Shown: positions 49,201-61,031, counted from the stretch's first letter. The stretch: DNA of 64,000 nt from Blepharisma stoltei ATCC 30299 (GCA_965603825.1 CBFDEM010000039.1:434001-498000), one strand, 5' to 3'. Program-made: numbers and translations. Notes: a model not told the origin generated them from the letters alone.

Positions 49201-51325
49201 TGGATCCTGAAGAAGAGGTATGGGGAGGGTAAGCCAAGATGGCTCCTTTATGAAACCTTTATTTGACTCTTTTGACGAGCTTAAAAGCTTAGTTATTGAC
49301 ATTTCCCAATGCTGCAAATATAAACAATACGTCCAAGACCCTTCAAATTTTGAAGAAATTCAGCGTTTAACCTTGGAAGCACTTACAAGCTTAAGGATAG
49401 TGATCACTGATAAAGAAGCTGAAGCATTATTCAAAGTTTTACTATTTGAAATCCCTATAAAGCACACCACTTCAAGCTTCGTCAAAAATTTCAATGAAAA
49501 AGCCTATCAGCTATTCTCTGACTGGCTTGCACATATGCCGATAGGTGGGATTATTAATAACCTTGGGCAATTTTTTACAGAAAATGGGGATTATAATATA
49601 AATTTGATTTTTATTCATGCAATACAGTGGATTTTGACAGTCGAGCTCCCATCAGCTACTTTTGAAATTGATATTATTTCGCCTATTCTTGTAGCTCTAA
49701 TAAAAGGTATGGCTGGCTGCCCTTTAATTTCGTCACATCCTTTATCAGAGTCCAGCTCACAACTTATGATTTCAACCTCAGAAGCTTTATTTTTATTTTT
49801 AGTCCAAAAATTCGGTGAAGAAAAAGTTACACGTTTTATAGAAAATCAGCTGATAAATCATGGAAAACTTCTCAAAATTTATACAAAATGGATTGATAAT
49901 TTGCACAAATTTGAAGAGCCCAAGAACCCTGCAATTTTACAAACAGTTTTATCGTCTCCTCAGATGTCAAAAATCAATGATGTGAGCTTTGAATGCTCAA
50001 TTAAAAAAGAAGAACAAAGTGGTGTGCTGACAGCTAAAGAGCTTGAATATGAAAGCAGAAGGCTTGAGTCCAGCAAAAAAAAGCTGAATTTTGATTTAGT
50101 CCCTGAATCCCCTGGAACTTTGTGGAAAAAGAAAGGCTTTCAAGAAAATGAGCAGTTTGCGGAGGCTCAAAAAATGCTGGAAGAAGTAAATAAGGAATAT
50201 TTAACACAGGTAGCTTTAAATGATATACTTATGAAGCAGCTTGAAGAACAAAAAGAGCTGAATAAAAAATTGGCATCAAAAGTAATGGAGCCAGTAAGAC
50301 CTGAGATAAGGGCTAGCAAAGCTATTAATCCTATAAAAGTAGAACAAGAACTAAGGCAGCCTTTGCAACAAGTGACAATCCCAGTTCCATATGATTTAAA
50401 AAATACTAAAAATGATCAGACTAATACACAAAAAGAGCGAAGCTCTAGCCCTCCAAAAATTCCAGAAACTGCTCAAAAACCTTTTAAGCCTGCAGTCGAA
50501 ATTTTTAAGCCTCCAGAAACTTTCAGTCTCCTTCCTCTCCATAACAAAATTGAAGGGATTTTTAATTTTCAGCATCTTTTACTATATTGCAATGACCCAA
50601 ATGCAGAACTTTTATCGCCATTACTTGATACATATACCCAGCTTAAAACAAGTGCAGATAAGCAATCCCTTTTAAAGAGTCTGCATACAGCTCTTAATCA
50701 AGAAGACATTTTGGCTGCTATGAATCTTTTTGTCTATAAAGCAGTCCTTGAAGCTGTATTGCGATTTTGTTCACTGGAAAAATTTTTGAGTGAAAAAAGT
50801 GCCCCACAATCACTTTTAATAGAGTCTCTTGCAAATTCTCAAGACTTAGAACTGACTAATGAGCTGCAGAAAATAGCTGCGGTGCTGCTTGAAGGGAGAG
50901 AACCGACACAAGTGATTTTGATACTTTTTCAAGTATTGCAGGAAACAATTCCAAGGGAGTTTAGAGAAGTTCTGCCTCATGATAGAGGGATTTATATAAG
51001 GCTGCTGCTGAAATGTATGACGAAATTGCTGACGGCGGTGCAAGCAAATAATCAGAATATAAGGGTTTTTGATATTTTAGTAGAGCTTAATAGGCTATTT
51101 GAAGCTCATCCTCCAGAAGAATTGACTACAGAATGCCCTTCGGTTTATGAATATGAGCATATGTTTAAGGTGCTTAGAAATATTTCTGATATTATTCTAT
51201 CAATTCAGCCAGAAAAAGTGCAAGCATTTTTGAAGCTTATAACAAGACAGAAAGAAAGACCGAAAAATATTTTTGTCAAATACATGAGTGCTGCTTTAGC
51301 CAAGAGGCATCAAATGTCTGTGTAA
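46205..51325 (+). CDS. CKAP5: XMAP215/ch-TOG family microtubule polymerase-like (1706 aa)
   Basis: TOG-like ERLNHSRWQVRRKVY, VSDSNLVSQLEGL, DKFKEKK, C-terminal LLKCMTKL; joined through TGAs 48650 and 49208. Confidence 0.78.
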
Positions 51326-51369
51326 TTAATTCATATTCATTATTTAAATAAATACTTAATAACTTATTA

Positions 51370-54063
51370 TTAGAGTTGTTCTAGGCCATATGGATCCAAA
51401 TTAAATTTGAAATACTGGGCTTCGTCTTCACCAGAAAAGCCAAAGTAAATTGAATTTTTATAATAAGTTCTATAAGGCTGACTTTGGAAATTAAGAGCAT
51501 AGTTCTGAGCAATAGGAACTAAATCACGATGATATGTATCTACTATAAATATTGATCCAACCTTCATGTCATATATAAAAACTTTATTTTTTCCTGAAAA
51601 TAAAAACTTATCACTATTTGCACTTAATTGCTCTGCTTTATTTAAAGGATAATATGTTTTTTTTTGCACCGAAAATCCATAAATTTTATCATGCTCATAC
51701 CCACAGATCAAAATTTCATCTTTATATCGAAGACAAGAGCATCTTCTAGCTGGCACTACCATGTCAGGAAGACGATAATACTCTTCATTTTCATTAGCAA
51801 GATCGAAGAGTTCAGCGACAGCTACCGGTAATCCGTTAATATCGCTTCCCCCAAATATATAAATACAATTTTCTCCGTAGTAAATGCAGCTTGATTCTTC
51901 ACGAGATATTTCTGAATAATTGAGTTCTACGATTTCGAAATTATTTCGAATTATACAGCAAAGTTGGGAATTAGGGAATTTGAAACCAAAAAAAAATAGC
52001 TGTTTTCCTGGAATTTGAATGATGGATGTATTAGATGGGAAAGAGTAGCCTTCAGTGGGGACTTTAGCTCGATTTCTAGACTCAATATTATAGGAAATTA
52101 ATTCTACTCTGTTTTCAGCAGTAGAGGGCAAGCAGAATATGGTTTCACCTTTATATAGTTCCAGTTTATTTTTGTGCTCCCTTACAAATTCCTTGAAATT
52201 GTTAATACCATCATCTATTATTTGCTCAATACCTTTTCATAGCGAATAGCTCTTAGCGTAGCTTAATTGGCAATTCTGAAGGTCTTCGCACTCCTTTAAT
52301 AGTTCATAGAGCTCACTTCCTTCATGATAATCAAGACTAATATGTTCATATGAGCTTTGCAAAGCTACTTTAAAATCGTTATAATGTTTTATTTTTTCTT
52401 CAATTTCTGAAACATCATCGTAAATTGACATTGGCAGGAATGTATATTCTTGCAAAAATACTGTTATGCGGGTCTTTAAATTTTCCATATCCTTCTTAAT
52501 TTTCGCATTTTTGCTTATTTCTGATGTATATAATTCTAATCAGTGTTCCTTCTTTTTTCAGAGATTCAAATATTTATTTAGCTCTTTTAGGTTTGGTAGA
52601 GACCTATTTTCACGGTTTATTGAATGTGCATTTTCAATAGTAATACTTCGATTCAGAGGCAATGTAGTGCTACTTAAATCGGTTTTAATTTTTTTAATTT
52701 CATTCTCAAATTCTGATATCTTTCATGAGTTTTTGCTTTTTTCTTCATAAATTTTTTTGGTGAGATCTGACTTTTCATCTAATTTTGATTTTAATTCATT
52801 TATGTCTAACTTAATTTCTCCAATTCTGCGCATAAAATTTTCTTTGCTATCATCCACAATTTTTTTGATATCTGAAATTTTATCATGCATTTCTTTTATT
52901 TGTTCATCTCACCAAGGTTTAATATTGCTCCATGATAACTTATCTGAATCATAAATTTTTTTATTCATAATATTTATAGCCTCTTCAAGTTCACTTCTAC
53001 TTATCGCTTCTACACTACCTCCTTGAGGCATATTATTGGGCTCTCTAAATGGACTAAAGCTATTTAAATTGTAATATTCTAAAGTGCTTATTCTTTCATT
53101 TGAATTTAAGGAATATTTTTGTAATTCCTCAATAGCTTTTTGACAATTATTAATTTCAGTTTTCTGTATTTCGCAGCTCTTGCAAATATCAATTATTTGC
53201 TTATTTATTTCTTGGTTATCATCAAGCAGACTATCATTAATCTTGTCAATGAATGCTATTTTCTTTTTAAGCTCATCTCTTTCTCTTATGTTTCCGTCAA
53301 TTGATGCGATTTTCTTTTTAAGTTCATCTATTTCATTTATGATTCCGTTATTATTGTTTTTTGATACATCTTCTACAAGCTGTAAAATTTTATTTATTTT
53401 TGTGTCTTGCTCTTCTTTTTGTTTCAGGTACAAAGATATATGATTATTAAGTTCTTGGTTATTTTGCTCAAAGAGTCTTTTAGTAGTTTTTTTATTTTGC
53501 TCAATGAGGCTTTCAATAGTTTCTTTATTTTGCTTAATTAGGCTTTCAGTAGTTTCTTTATTTTGCTTAATGAAGCTTTCAATAGTTTCTTTATTTTGCT
53601 CAATTTTTTGTTTTAATTTTTCGATATCAAGGGCACACTCTTTAAATTTTCTAATGGCATCTTCAGAGCTCATTGATAAATACATGAGTTCAGGATCGGA
53701 TTCTAAAGTTTCTTTTGCCAAAATAATTTTTTCTATTAAGCCTGATACTTTATGTTTTTCGGCTTCTACTAATAAAAGATCTTCACTCAGCATTTTCTTA
53801 CTTATAATCATATCGATACGCCCTTGGTTTAAAATGCTGCTTTTAATTTCATTGAGCTGGGCATCCTTTTCTATTAAAAAAGAGAGCACTTCACTTCTGG
53901 TCGTATCGTTGATTCGTTTATTTAATTCTCCTCAATCATGATGAAGGGATGGATTATTATCATGGTATATGCTGTGATTTTGACAATACAATTTTGTTCT
54001 GTCACATGAACAAACATATTGAGGTTTGTCAAGACAGCCAGAAAAACAACATTTATCTTCCAT
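51370..54063 (-). CDS. Cys/His (B-box-like) N-terminus + coiled coil + Kelch-like C-terminus (897 aa)
   Basis: ATG 54063 MEDKCCFSGC..CSC..YCQNH..H; 6 TGAs read through; CIYIFGG Kelch motif. Confidence 0.82.
53460..53605 (-). repeat. Coding 33-nt (11-aa) tandem repeat, about 4 copies
   Basis: EQNKETIESFI/KQNKETTESLI/KQNKETIESLI/EQNKKTTKRLF. Confidence 0.8.
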
Positions 54064-54361
54064 AATAATTATTTATTCACGTTTCTACATATTTCTACAA
54101 TAACGATTATAAGCCATTTTGATTTGCTTCTATAAGAGTTTTAATAAATAATTAGCCATGCTACGAAACTCTTCAAATTAATATCTAAAAATTCAAGAAA
54201 CTAATAATAAACAATTAATTTTTGTTTATCTATGATATTTATAATTGTTTGAAGGATAATTTTTTAATCCCATATTTTAAAATATTGAAAGCTAATAGTT
54301 AAAAATATAATTAATGGTATTTTGAAATATTAAAAAAACTCTCAAATAATCGCATATAAAT

Positions 54362-55018
54362 TTATCATGAATCTAATTTATTACTGAATCTTGCATTTTC
54401 AGGCAAATCGTTAAGTAAATCTATAAATAACTGAGGGTTTGACGAAAGGCTTCCTCTAAACTGCGGAGTTTTACTTATATAGCCAAAGTTTTTCCAAATA
54501 AATTTTGATACATAATTAGTTAGATCTTCAAACTGGCAGTCTTTCGACCACTCATAAAAATCTAAAGCTGTGTTAATGCAAACACTTTCTTTGACAAATT
54601 TCATACACAATTGCTTAAGATATTCAAGTAAATACATATCAGCAAGAATCATTACTTCTAATGCGATTTTAGGGCTTGTTTCTAATCTATCACAATAAAA
54701 ATACTTAAACATTGCCTGTGCAGCTTCATAGCTAGCATTTACCTTGATTTCTTTGGTTGAGCTCTCCTTCATCCCGCTTTGAAACATTCTTTCAAAATGA
54801 GGACTTCTCGCTTGCAAAATGAAGGAAGAAACATAAAGTTTTCTGCCATCATCACATACAATAGTGACATCAGAATTTTCTTGCTTATTGAACTGCCTTT
54901 CTATATCTTTTAGCAATAAATTTCTTGGATGTTCGAAGGTTTCTTTACTTACTCTTCCAGTTGGCCGAAGAGTGGATCTATCGAAACTGTTTAGTTCGTT
55001 TAAGAATGCCCTGTGCAT
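54362..55018 (-). CDS. BTB/POZ(-BACK) protein with N-terminal WH2/beta-thymosin-like motif
   Basis: SDVTIVC..ILQARSPHFERMFQSGMKES; ends TGA-TAA (last residue W if TGA=Trp). Confidence 0.88.
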
Positions 55019-55137
55019 TAGGAAAGAATAATATGGGGAATAAAAGTAATTCAGACAAACTCTTAATTAAAATTTCCTATTTTTATATATCAGATTGATG
55101 ATTTATATTCAAAACTATCAAAAATTATATGATAAAT

Positions 55138-56667
55138 TTATATAGTTGTTGAGTCTGAAATTTCTAAATTTTCATCAAATTTGCCCAGTGATTCCGTGTC
55201 AGACAACAACATTTCTTCGAAATCTTTAATTTCAAACTTCCCAATATTTTCTGGATCAACCTCCCTCAGAAATTCTTCAAGCAGTTCTCTATCCATACTA
55301 TTTTGTTCTGAAAATAGTTTTATTAAGTCTTCACAAGATATGATTCCTTTGTTTTCTTGGTCAAACATAATGAAAGTCTTTATAATATTTTCTCTTGAAA
55401 ATATTGCCCTAGTTTCCAAAGTAGCTCTCATAAATTCAGAATAATCTATAACCCCATTAGAATCTCTGTCAACTTTACTCATTATAATTTCAGCTTGAGA
55501 CTTGGCTTCTTCATCTTCCATTATTTTCTGCAAGTAATAATACAATTCAGCTTGTGAAATAACACCGTCACCATTTATATCCATTGCCCGAAACGCTAAT
55601 TCTAACTCAGAAAAATGGCTTTGAAGCATAACTTGGTTTAAAATAAACGAAATTAAAGCTTCTCTCAGCTTTGAAGAAGCTTTATAATTGTGAAGCTTGC
55701 TGAGGATTGAAGGGATATTGATGGTTTCACTAATAAAATTTTGAAACCAAGAGTGGGATAAGGCATCGTGGGCTGATATACGCCTTTTTTGGTCTTTAGT
55801 GAGGAGTTTTCTTATTAAATCTTTTGCTTCTTCTGAGACTGCGTCTCAGTTTGGCCCATCCAGGCTAAATTTTCCTTTTTTAATGTTGTTTATAAGTGAT
55901 GTTGTATTTTTTCCATTAAATGGTAAGGTTCCGTCTAATAAGGTATAAAGAATTACTCCACAGCTCCATAAGTCACATTTTTCGTTATAATTCCCATCGA
56001 AAACTTCTGGAGCCATATAATCGACAGTTCCCACGATCTCCTTAAGGCTTAAGCCTTTTGGACATCTTACTACTAAGTCAAAATCAATAATTTTTAAGCA
56101 AAAATCTTCGTTTCCCCCTAAGTTTACTATCAAAATATTGTCAGGCTTCATATCTCTATGAACTAGCCGCCTACTATGCATATAGCAAACTCCTGATAGT
56201 ATCTGCTTCATAGCAGAGCACGCTTGCTTTTCTGAAAATCTGGCTCCTCCTGTGATTTTGTCACACAAATCTCCTCCTTCTAAGTACTCCAAAACTAAAA
56301 AATAATCAGTTTTTCCTTCAAAAAAATCAATCATTTTCAATATATTAGGATGGTCGAGGAATTTGAGAGTGTTTACTTGATTTAATACAGAATTATTCAC
56401 ATCACTTTCTTGTCCTTCCTTCGGTATAATTTTTACAACTCTTTCTTCGTTAGTTCTTCTATGTTTACATTTCCTGATTTCCCCATGAAGACCTCCACCT
56501 ATTGGGTTAGGCTCCAATTCATATACTTGATGAAAAGTTAATGATTTTATGGAAGTTGGCGATAAAGCACCAGAGTCAAAGTCATTAAATACGTCAAATG
56601 ATCTTCTTCTTGGTTTATTATTTGCATTAAAGTTTATTTCAGTTTTTCCTGAACATAGGCATCCCAT
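55138..56667 (-). CDS. Calcium-dependent protein kinase (CDPK)
   Basis: MGCLCS start, HRDMKPDN, MAPE, GPN(W=TGA 55846)DAVSEEAKDLI, four EF-hand-like motifs. Confidence 0.93.
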
Positions 56668-57137
56668 TTTATTTTTGCATCTACCAACAATAATGAATGA
56701 TAAATAAGATAGTAAATTTAAAAGATATATTTTTATTTTTTAGCTCTAATTATTTTTCTAACAATGTTTAATACGTTATTTTATTATTACCAAAATTTAC
56801 AAAATAAAATTCATCTTCGATATTAAACATCATAAGCTATAAAGAGTAATAATAAATGGTGAAGAATGCAGTTATTAAAGAGATTGCTTTATTATTTTGG
56901 TTTTATTAAAATAATTTAATTAAGGAAATGCCTTTAGAAAATAATCAATATAAATGATAAATCAGCAGCATGTCTTAATATAGGGTACATTAGCTTAATA
57001 TTTTTATCATAAACATCAAGTTAATTTATTTTTATTAACAAATGCAATTCTACAGCTCTAAATTTTTTGGCTAAAAATGCAATCGAATAAATTGAATTTT
57101 TCATATTCTAATGTTTTGTACTTAAATGTAATTATAT

Positions 57138-57659
57138 ATGGGTATTTGCAGTTCTCAAAGCACTTTGCCTCAAATTTTGCTATTAGGTCTAGATAATGCT
57201 GGAAAGACCACTTTTCTATATGCAGATAAATGAGATCAATTTGACCCCACAGTTGGATTTAATTATGAAGAAATACATCTAAGGCAAATTGTTCATGTTG
57301 GTGTTTGAGATGTCAGTGGAAAATCAACGCTAAGATGCTTATGGCCTCTTTACTATCGAAATATTAATTTTGTCGCAATTGTATTTGTTATTGATGCAGA
57401 AAAAGAAGAGAGATTTGCAGAAGCTAGAAGAGAACTACAAATTTTAATAAATGAAGAAGAGCTTCGAGAAACAGCGTTTTTAATACTTTTCAACTCACGA
57501 TTTGAGCCAATTTTTGATTTAGAAGAGCTTACAGCAAGAGTCGGCTTAGATTTATTCCACAAAACAATAAAATGAAAAGCTGCATTAGTTGATCTAATGG
57601 AAGAAAGCGAAGACTTTAAATTAGCACTGAAATGACTTGGTGAACAAATTACAAATTAA
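57138..57659 (+). CDS. Divergent ARF-like small GTPase (173 aa); absent from the ORF track
   Basis: MG start, GLDNAGKTT, PTVGFN, (W)DVSG, final helix ALK(W)L; TGAs 57231, 57306, 57573, 57633. Confidence 0.9.
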
Positions 57660-57708
57660 TTGAAATATTTTTCTATTTATAAATTATTATTATGAGGCTT
57701 AATAATTT

Positions 57709-58080
57709 ATGGATAGAAGTAATTCAAAAAACCCCAATCAACAAGGGAGTACCTTATATCTTACAAATTTAAGCTACTCTGTAAGAGAAGAAGAGCTGCT
57801 AAAGTATTTTGAAGAGTATGGGAAAATCCTTGACTTAAATATCATAAAGGATCCGATTTCTAACAGATCAAGAGGCTTTGGATTTGCAACTTATGAAAAC
57901 GACGAAGATGCTGAGAAAGCCAAAAATAAGTTAAATAAACGTTACTTTGGTGGAAGGAAATTGAGGATCGAAAAAGCCAACAGACATAAAGCACATGTCC
58001 AGACTACAGGAAAGTATATGGGAACTGAAAAGTATAAAAGAAGCCCAAACAGAGATTATCGCGATAAAGAGAAATTGTAA
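57709..58080 (+). CDS. RRM protein, TRA2-like
   Basis: RNP2 LYLTNL, RNP1 RGFGFATY, downstream AHVQTTGKYMG similar to the TRA2 linker. Confidence 0.82.
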   Translation: MDRSNSKNPNQQGSTLYLTNLSYSVREEELLKYFEEYGKILDLNIIKDPISNRSRGFGFATYENDEDAEKAKNKLNKRYFGGRKLRIEKANRHKAHVQTTGKYMGTEKYKRSPNRDYRDKEKL

Positions 58081-58354
58081 TGTTTTTTGATGGAGTATTT
58101 TGGTCTTTTCTCTTTTTGCTGAATTTGAGTGTTTTTTTCTTAAAATCTGGTAAAATATATGTATTGAATTATGAAATATTTTATATTAAATTGTTTTGGT
58201 ATGGAGAAAAAAATTAAATAGACTCCACAAAGGGATGAACATATTCTGATAAATTTTGTAGAATTATGAGTAGAAATGAAACTGGAAGCACTATTGTTTA
58301 TAATGCACTCTGAAATGACAAAATGTTAATAAAGCACAGGGAGACTGATGCTCA

Positions 58355-58597
58355 TTAATGATATCTAAGTTGGTCTGCTTTGAGGAGATCTCGGTCTTCT
58401 TGATACTCTGCGACCTCTAGAACTATCTCTTCCTTTATAGTCTCTGCATTATCGCTATCACTTTCTCTATCATGATTATTGTCTTTTCTATCATGATAAT
58501 CACTGTCTCTGCTGTGGTTTCTATACATTCTCTCTTTATCAGATTTACTAAAATGACGAGAACTATTTCATCTGGTTTTGGAGTTAAGAAACTCCAT
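58355..58597 (-). pseudogene. Possible small RD/RS-rich ORF or gene fragment
   Basis: 80-codon frame (one TGA) with RDSDYHDRKD; an overlapping shifted frame reads RDYKGRDSSRGRRVSRRPRSP. Confidence 0.35.
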
Positions 58598-58740
58598 TTC
58601 AAGTCACCCATAATAATCGATATCTTTTAAATAAGACCATTAGATCCAGCAGCTGGCATAAAAAATATTTAAAAATTTAAAATTTGTCATAACTAAAAAC
58701 TAATTTTCTATCATTATAATTTTAACTACCCACCTAATAA

Positions 58741-59367
58741 ATGGAAGCAGCGAAGGAATACAAAATAGTTACTCTCGGCGAAGGAAGAGTAGGCAAGACT
58801 TCTCTCACATTAAAAGCAGCCAGGAACGTATTCCACGAAGACGAGCAGTCTACAGTAAATGCAAACTTCCTCATCAAAGAGATCTCAGTTCAAGGCGTAA
58901 GCGTCAAATTAAATCTCTGGGATACCGCAGGCCAAGAACGTTTCCGGGCCCTTGCCCCGAATTATTACCGAGGAGCCAAAGGCGCAGTAATTGCATATGA
59001 CATTACTGATAGATCATCATTTGATAGAGTTGTTTCCTGGGTGAAAGAGCTTGGCATGCAAGCTGATAAGGATATTTGTATAGTTATCGCTGGGAATAAA
59101 TGTGACAGAGAAAGCGAAAGGCAAATACCAAAAGCTGAAGCCTTGGAATATGCAAGAAAAGTTGGTGTCACACATTTTGATACCAGCGCTAAAACAGGAA
59201 AAGGGGTTGAAGAAATATTTCAAGAATTGGCAAGGCTCGTATATGAGACACAACAAAAAGCGGCGGAGTCAGGCCAAAATAAAAGATATACTTCTAGGTC
59301 AAGCAAAAAAGTGAAAATCCAGCAAAACACGACTAGTGAAAAAGAGAAAAAACAGTGTTGTGGGTAA
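58741..59367 (+). CDS. RAB21: Rab21-like small GTPase
   Basis: LGEGRVGKTSL, WDTAGQERF, GNKCD, TSAK, C-terminal CC. Confidence 0.88.
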   Translation: MEAAKEYKIVTLGEGRVGKTSLTLKAARNVFHEDEQSTVNANFLIKEISVQGVSVKLNLWDTAGQERFRALAPNYYRGAKGAVIAYDITDRSSFDRVVSWVKELGMQADKDICIVIAGNKCDRESERQIPKAEALEYARKVGVTHFDTSAKTGKGVEEIFQELARLVYETQQKAAESGQNKRYTSRSSKKVKIQQNTTSEKEKKQCCG

Positions 59368-59443
59368 TTTAATTTATAAAATTTCTAGAATTACTCATCA
59401 TTTGTATTATATTCCTTATAATTACTAATCCAATCCTATAAAA

Positions 59444-60295
59444 ATGTCTCTTGAAGTATGTCTTCACCCTTTGGTTCTGATGAACATCTCTGACCATTTC
59501 ACCCGTGCGTTTGCAAATAAAGGTTCTCCTCAAAGAGTGATAGGGATTCTAGTAGGAACAGTGTCAGGCAGAAACATCCAAATCCAAAACTCCTTCGAAG
59601 CTCTCTGGACTTCTGCAGGCGAAAACACCAAGCTTGACACAGAATTTATTGAAAAAAAGCTCAGCATGCTCCTTGAAATTTTCCCAAACTACGAATTTCT
59701 AGGATGGTACTCAACTGGCAAGCTTCATGAAAGAGACATGCTGATTCAGCGCAGCCTAGTGAATTTCAATGAAAATCCTCTTTATCTTGTCTTAAATACA
59801 GTAGACCCACCTCCAAAAGAGTCTGAAGACCTCCCAGTTGAGCTTTATGAGTCACATGTCCAAGTGATGGAAAACCAAACTAATTATCAATTTAAGCAGC
59901 TTACATATACAATAGAGACAACTGACCCAGAACGTATTGCAGTTGACTATGTGTCTAGAGCAGGGGCTGCCACTGGGGAATTTTCTGAATATTCCTCAAA
60001 TTTAATGACTTTTTTAAGTGCTATGAGACTTTTCAAAAAAAGGCTTCTAAAACTCGTAGAAATGGTAGCAGGAAATTCTGATGTCCAAAAAGACCACAAA
60101 CTTATGAGGAAATTAAATGAAATTTGTAATAGAATCCCAGTTGCGCCTTTTGATAGGCTTAAAGATGATTTCAATCAAGAAATCAGTGAAGAGCTGATGA
60201 CGACTTATATGGCTGCGATGTCAAAAGGGTCTTCCCACACTTCAGAGCTGCTTGAAAGGTTCGATTTTATCGCGATGAGTAGAGATTTAGATTAA
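59444..60295 (+). CDS. COPS6: COP9 signalosome subunit 6 (MPN)
   Basis: LHPLVLMNISDHFTR, NSFE, FLGWYSTG, ERIAVDYV. Confidence 0.9.
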   Translation: MSLEVCLHPLVLMNISDHFTRAFANKGSPQRVIGILVGTVSGRNIQIQNSFEALWTSAGENTKLDTEFIEKKLSMLLEIFPNYEFLGWYSTGKLHERDMLIQRSLVNFNENPLYLVLNTVDPPPKESEDLPVELYESHVQVMENQTNYQFKQLTYTIETTDPERIAVDYVSRAGAATGEFSEYSSNLMTFLSAMRLFKKRLLKLVEMVAGNSDVQKDHKLMRKLNEICNRIPVAPFDRLKDDFNQEISEELMTTYMAAMSKGSSHTSELLERFDFIAMSRDLD

Positions 60296-60299
60296 TTAA

Positions 60300-61031
60300 A
60301 TGGAAGATAACGCTAAGCCCAATCTAAATGATTTAATTGATAAAGCAATTAAATTCACCCGAGTTAGTTTTTCTCCTTCACAAGATAAAGTTTCTCCGGA
60401 AATAAAGCTGCTTCAAAATAACAAGAGATTTTGCAGAAAAAGATTTCAAATTTCCCCGAAGCCATATAAGCCTATGTATGACCAGCAAAGCCATAGGATT
60501 GGGGTCCTTCATACACTTCCTCAAAAACGAGGAAGTAATGGATTTTTGAATATTTTGAAGCAAAAAAAAACGATTCAGACGATATCCAATAGAAATTCAC
60601 CGGCTGCGACACCTATGATTAGCCCAAAAAATAGAGTTAAAACTAGGCATCAGATAAAATCTACGTCAAATAGAAACAGTCCAATATCTGCTCCAAAAGG
60701 CACAATTTTAAGCCCAAAAAATGCAAAGCATTTGAAATCATTATCACTAGGATATTTAGGATTAAGCTGTAGTCAATGTACATGTGACAAAATATGCACG
60801 TGTGGAAGACGAGAATTAGTAGAGCATCATAGTGATGAAGACTCCTTATCCTCTGTGCTTAAAAACATTGACAGCTTGCATATTGAAAATAAAGTCTTAA
60901 AAAGAAGGACTTCAGATATTTTTGGAAAAATAAAAAAAGAGTATGAGAAATGTAAACGGTTGATTCCTGAAAAAGAAACTTTGACTACACAATTATCAAG
61001 ATTAAAACAGTTTACTGACCTATATAATTAG
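60300..61031 (+). CDS. Basic hypothetical protein with a Cys cluster
   Basis: 243-aa ORF, SNRNSP repeated twice, CSQCTCDKICTC. Confidence 0.7.
   Translation: MEDNAKPNLNDLIDKAIKFTRVSFSPSQDKVSPEIKLLQNNKRFCRKRFQISPKPYKPMYDQQSHRIGVLHTLPQKRGSNGFLNILKQKKTIQTISNRNSPAATPMISPKNRVKTRHQIKSTSNRNSPISAPKGTILSPKNAKHLKSLSLGYLGLSCSQCTCDKICTCGRRELVEHHSDEDSLSSVLKNIDSLHIENKVLKRRTSDIFGKIKKEYEKCKRLIPEKETLTTQLSRLKQFTDLYN

Noticed and set aside
4834-51325. Functional cluster of cytoskeletal/ciliary genes (kinesin-13, DZIP1-like, NEK, GAS2, XMAP215)
   Set aside because: Such genes are abundant in ciliate genomes and are interspersed with unrelated genes; no evidence of clustering
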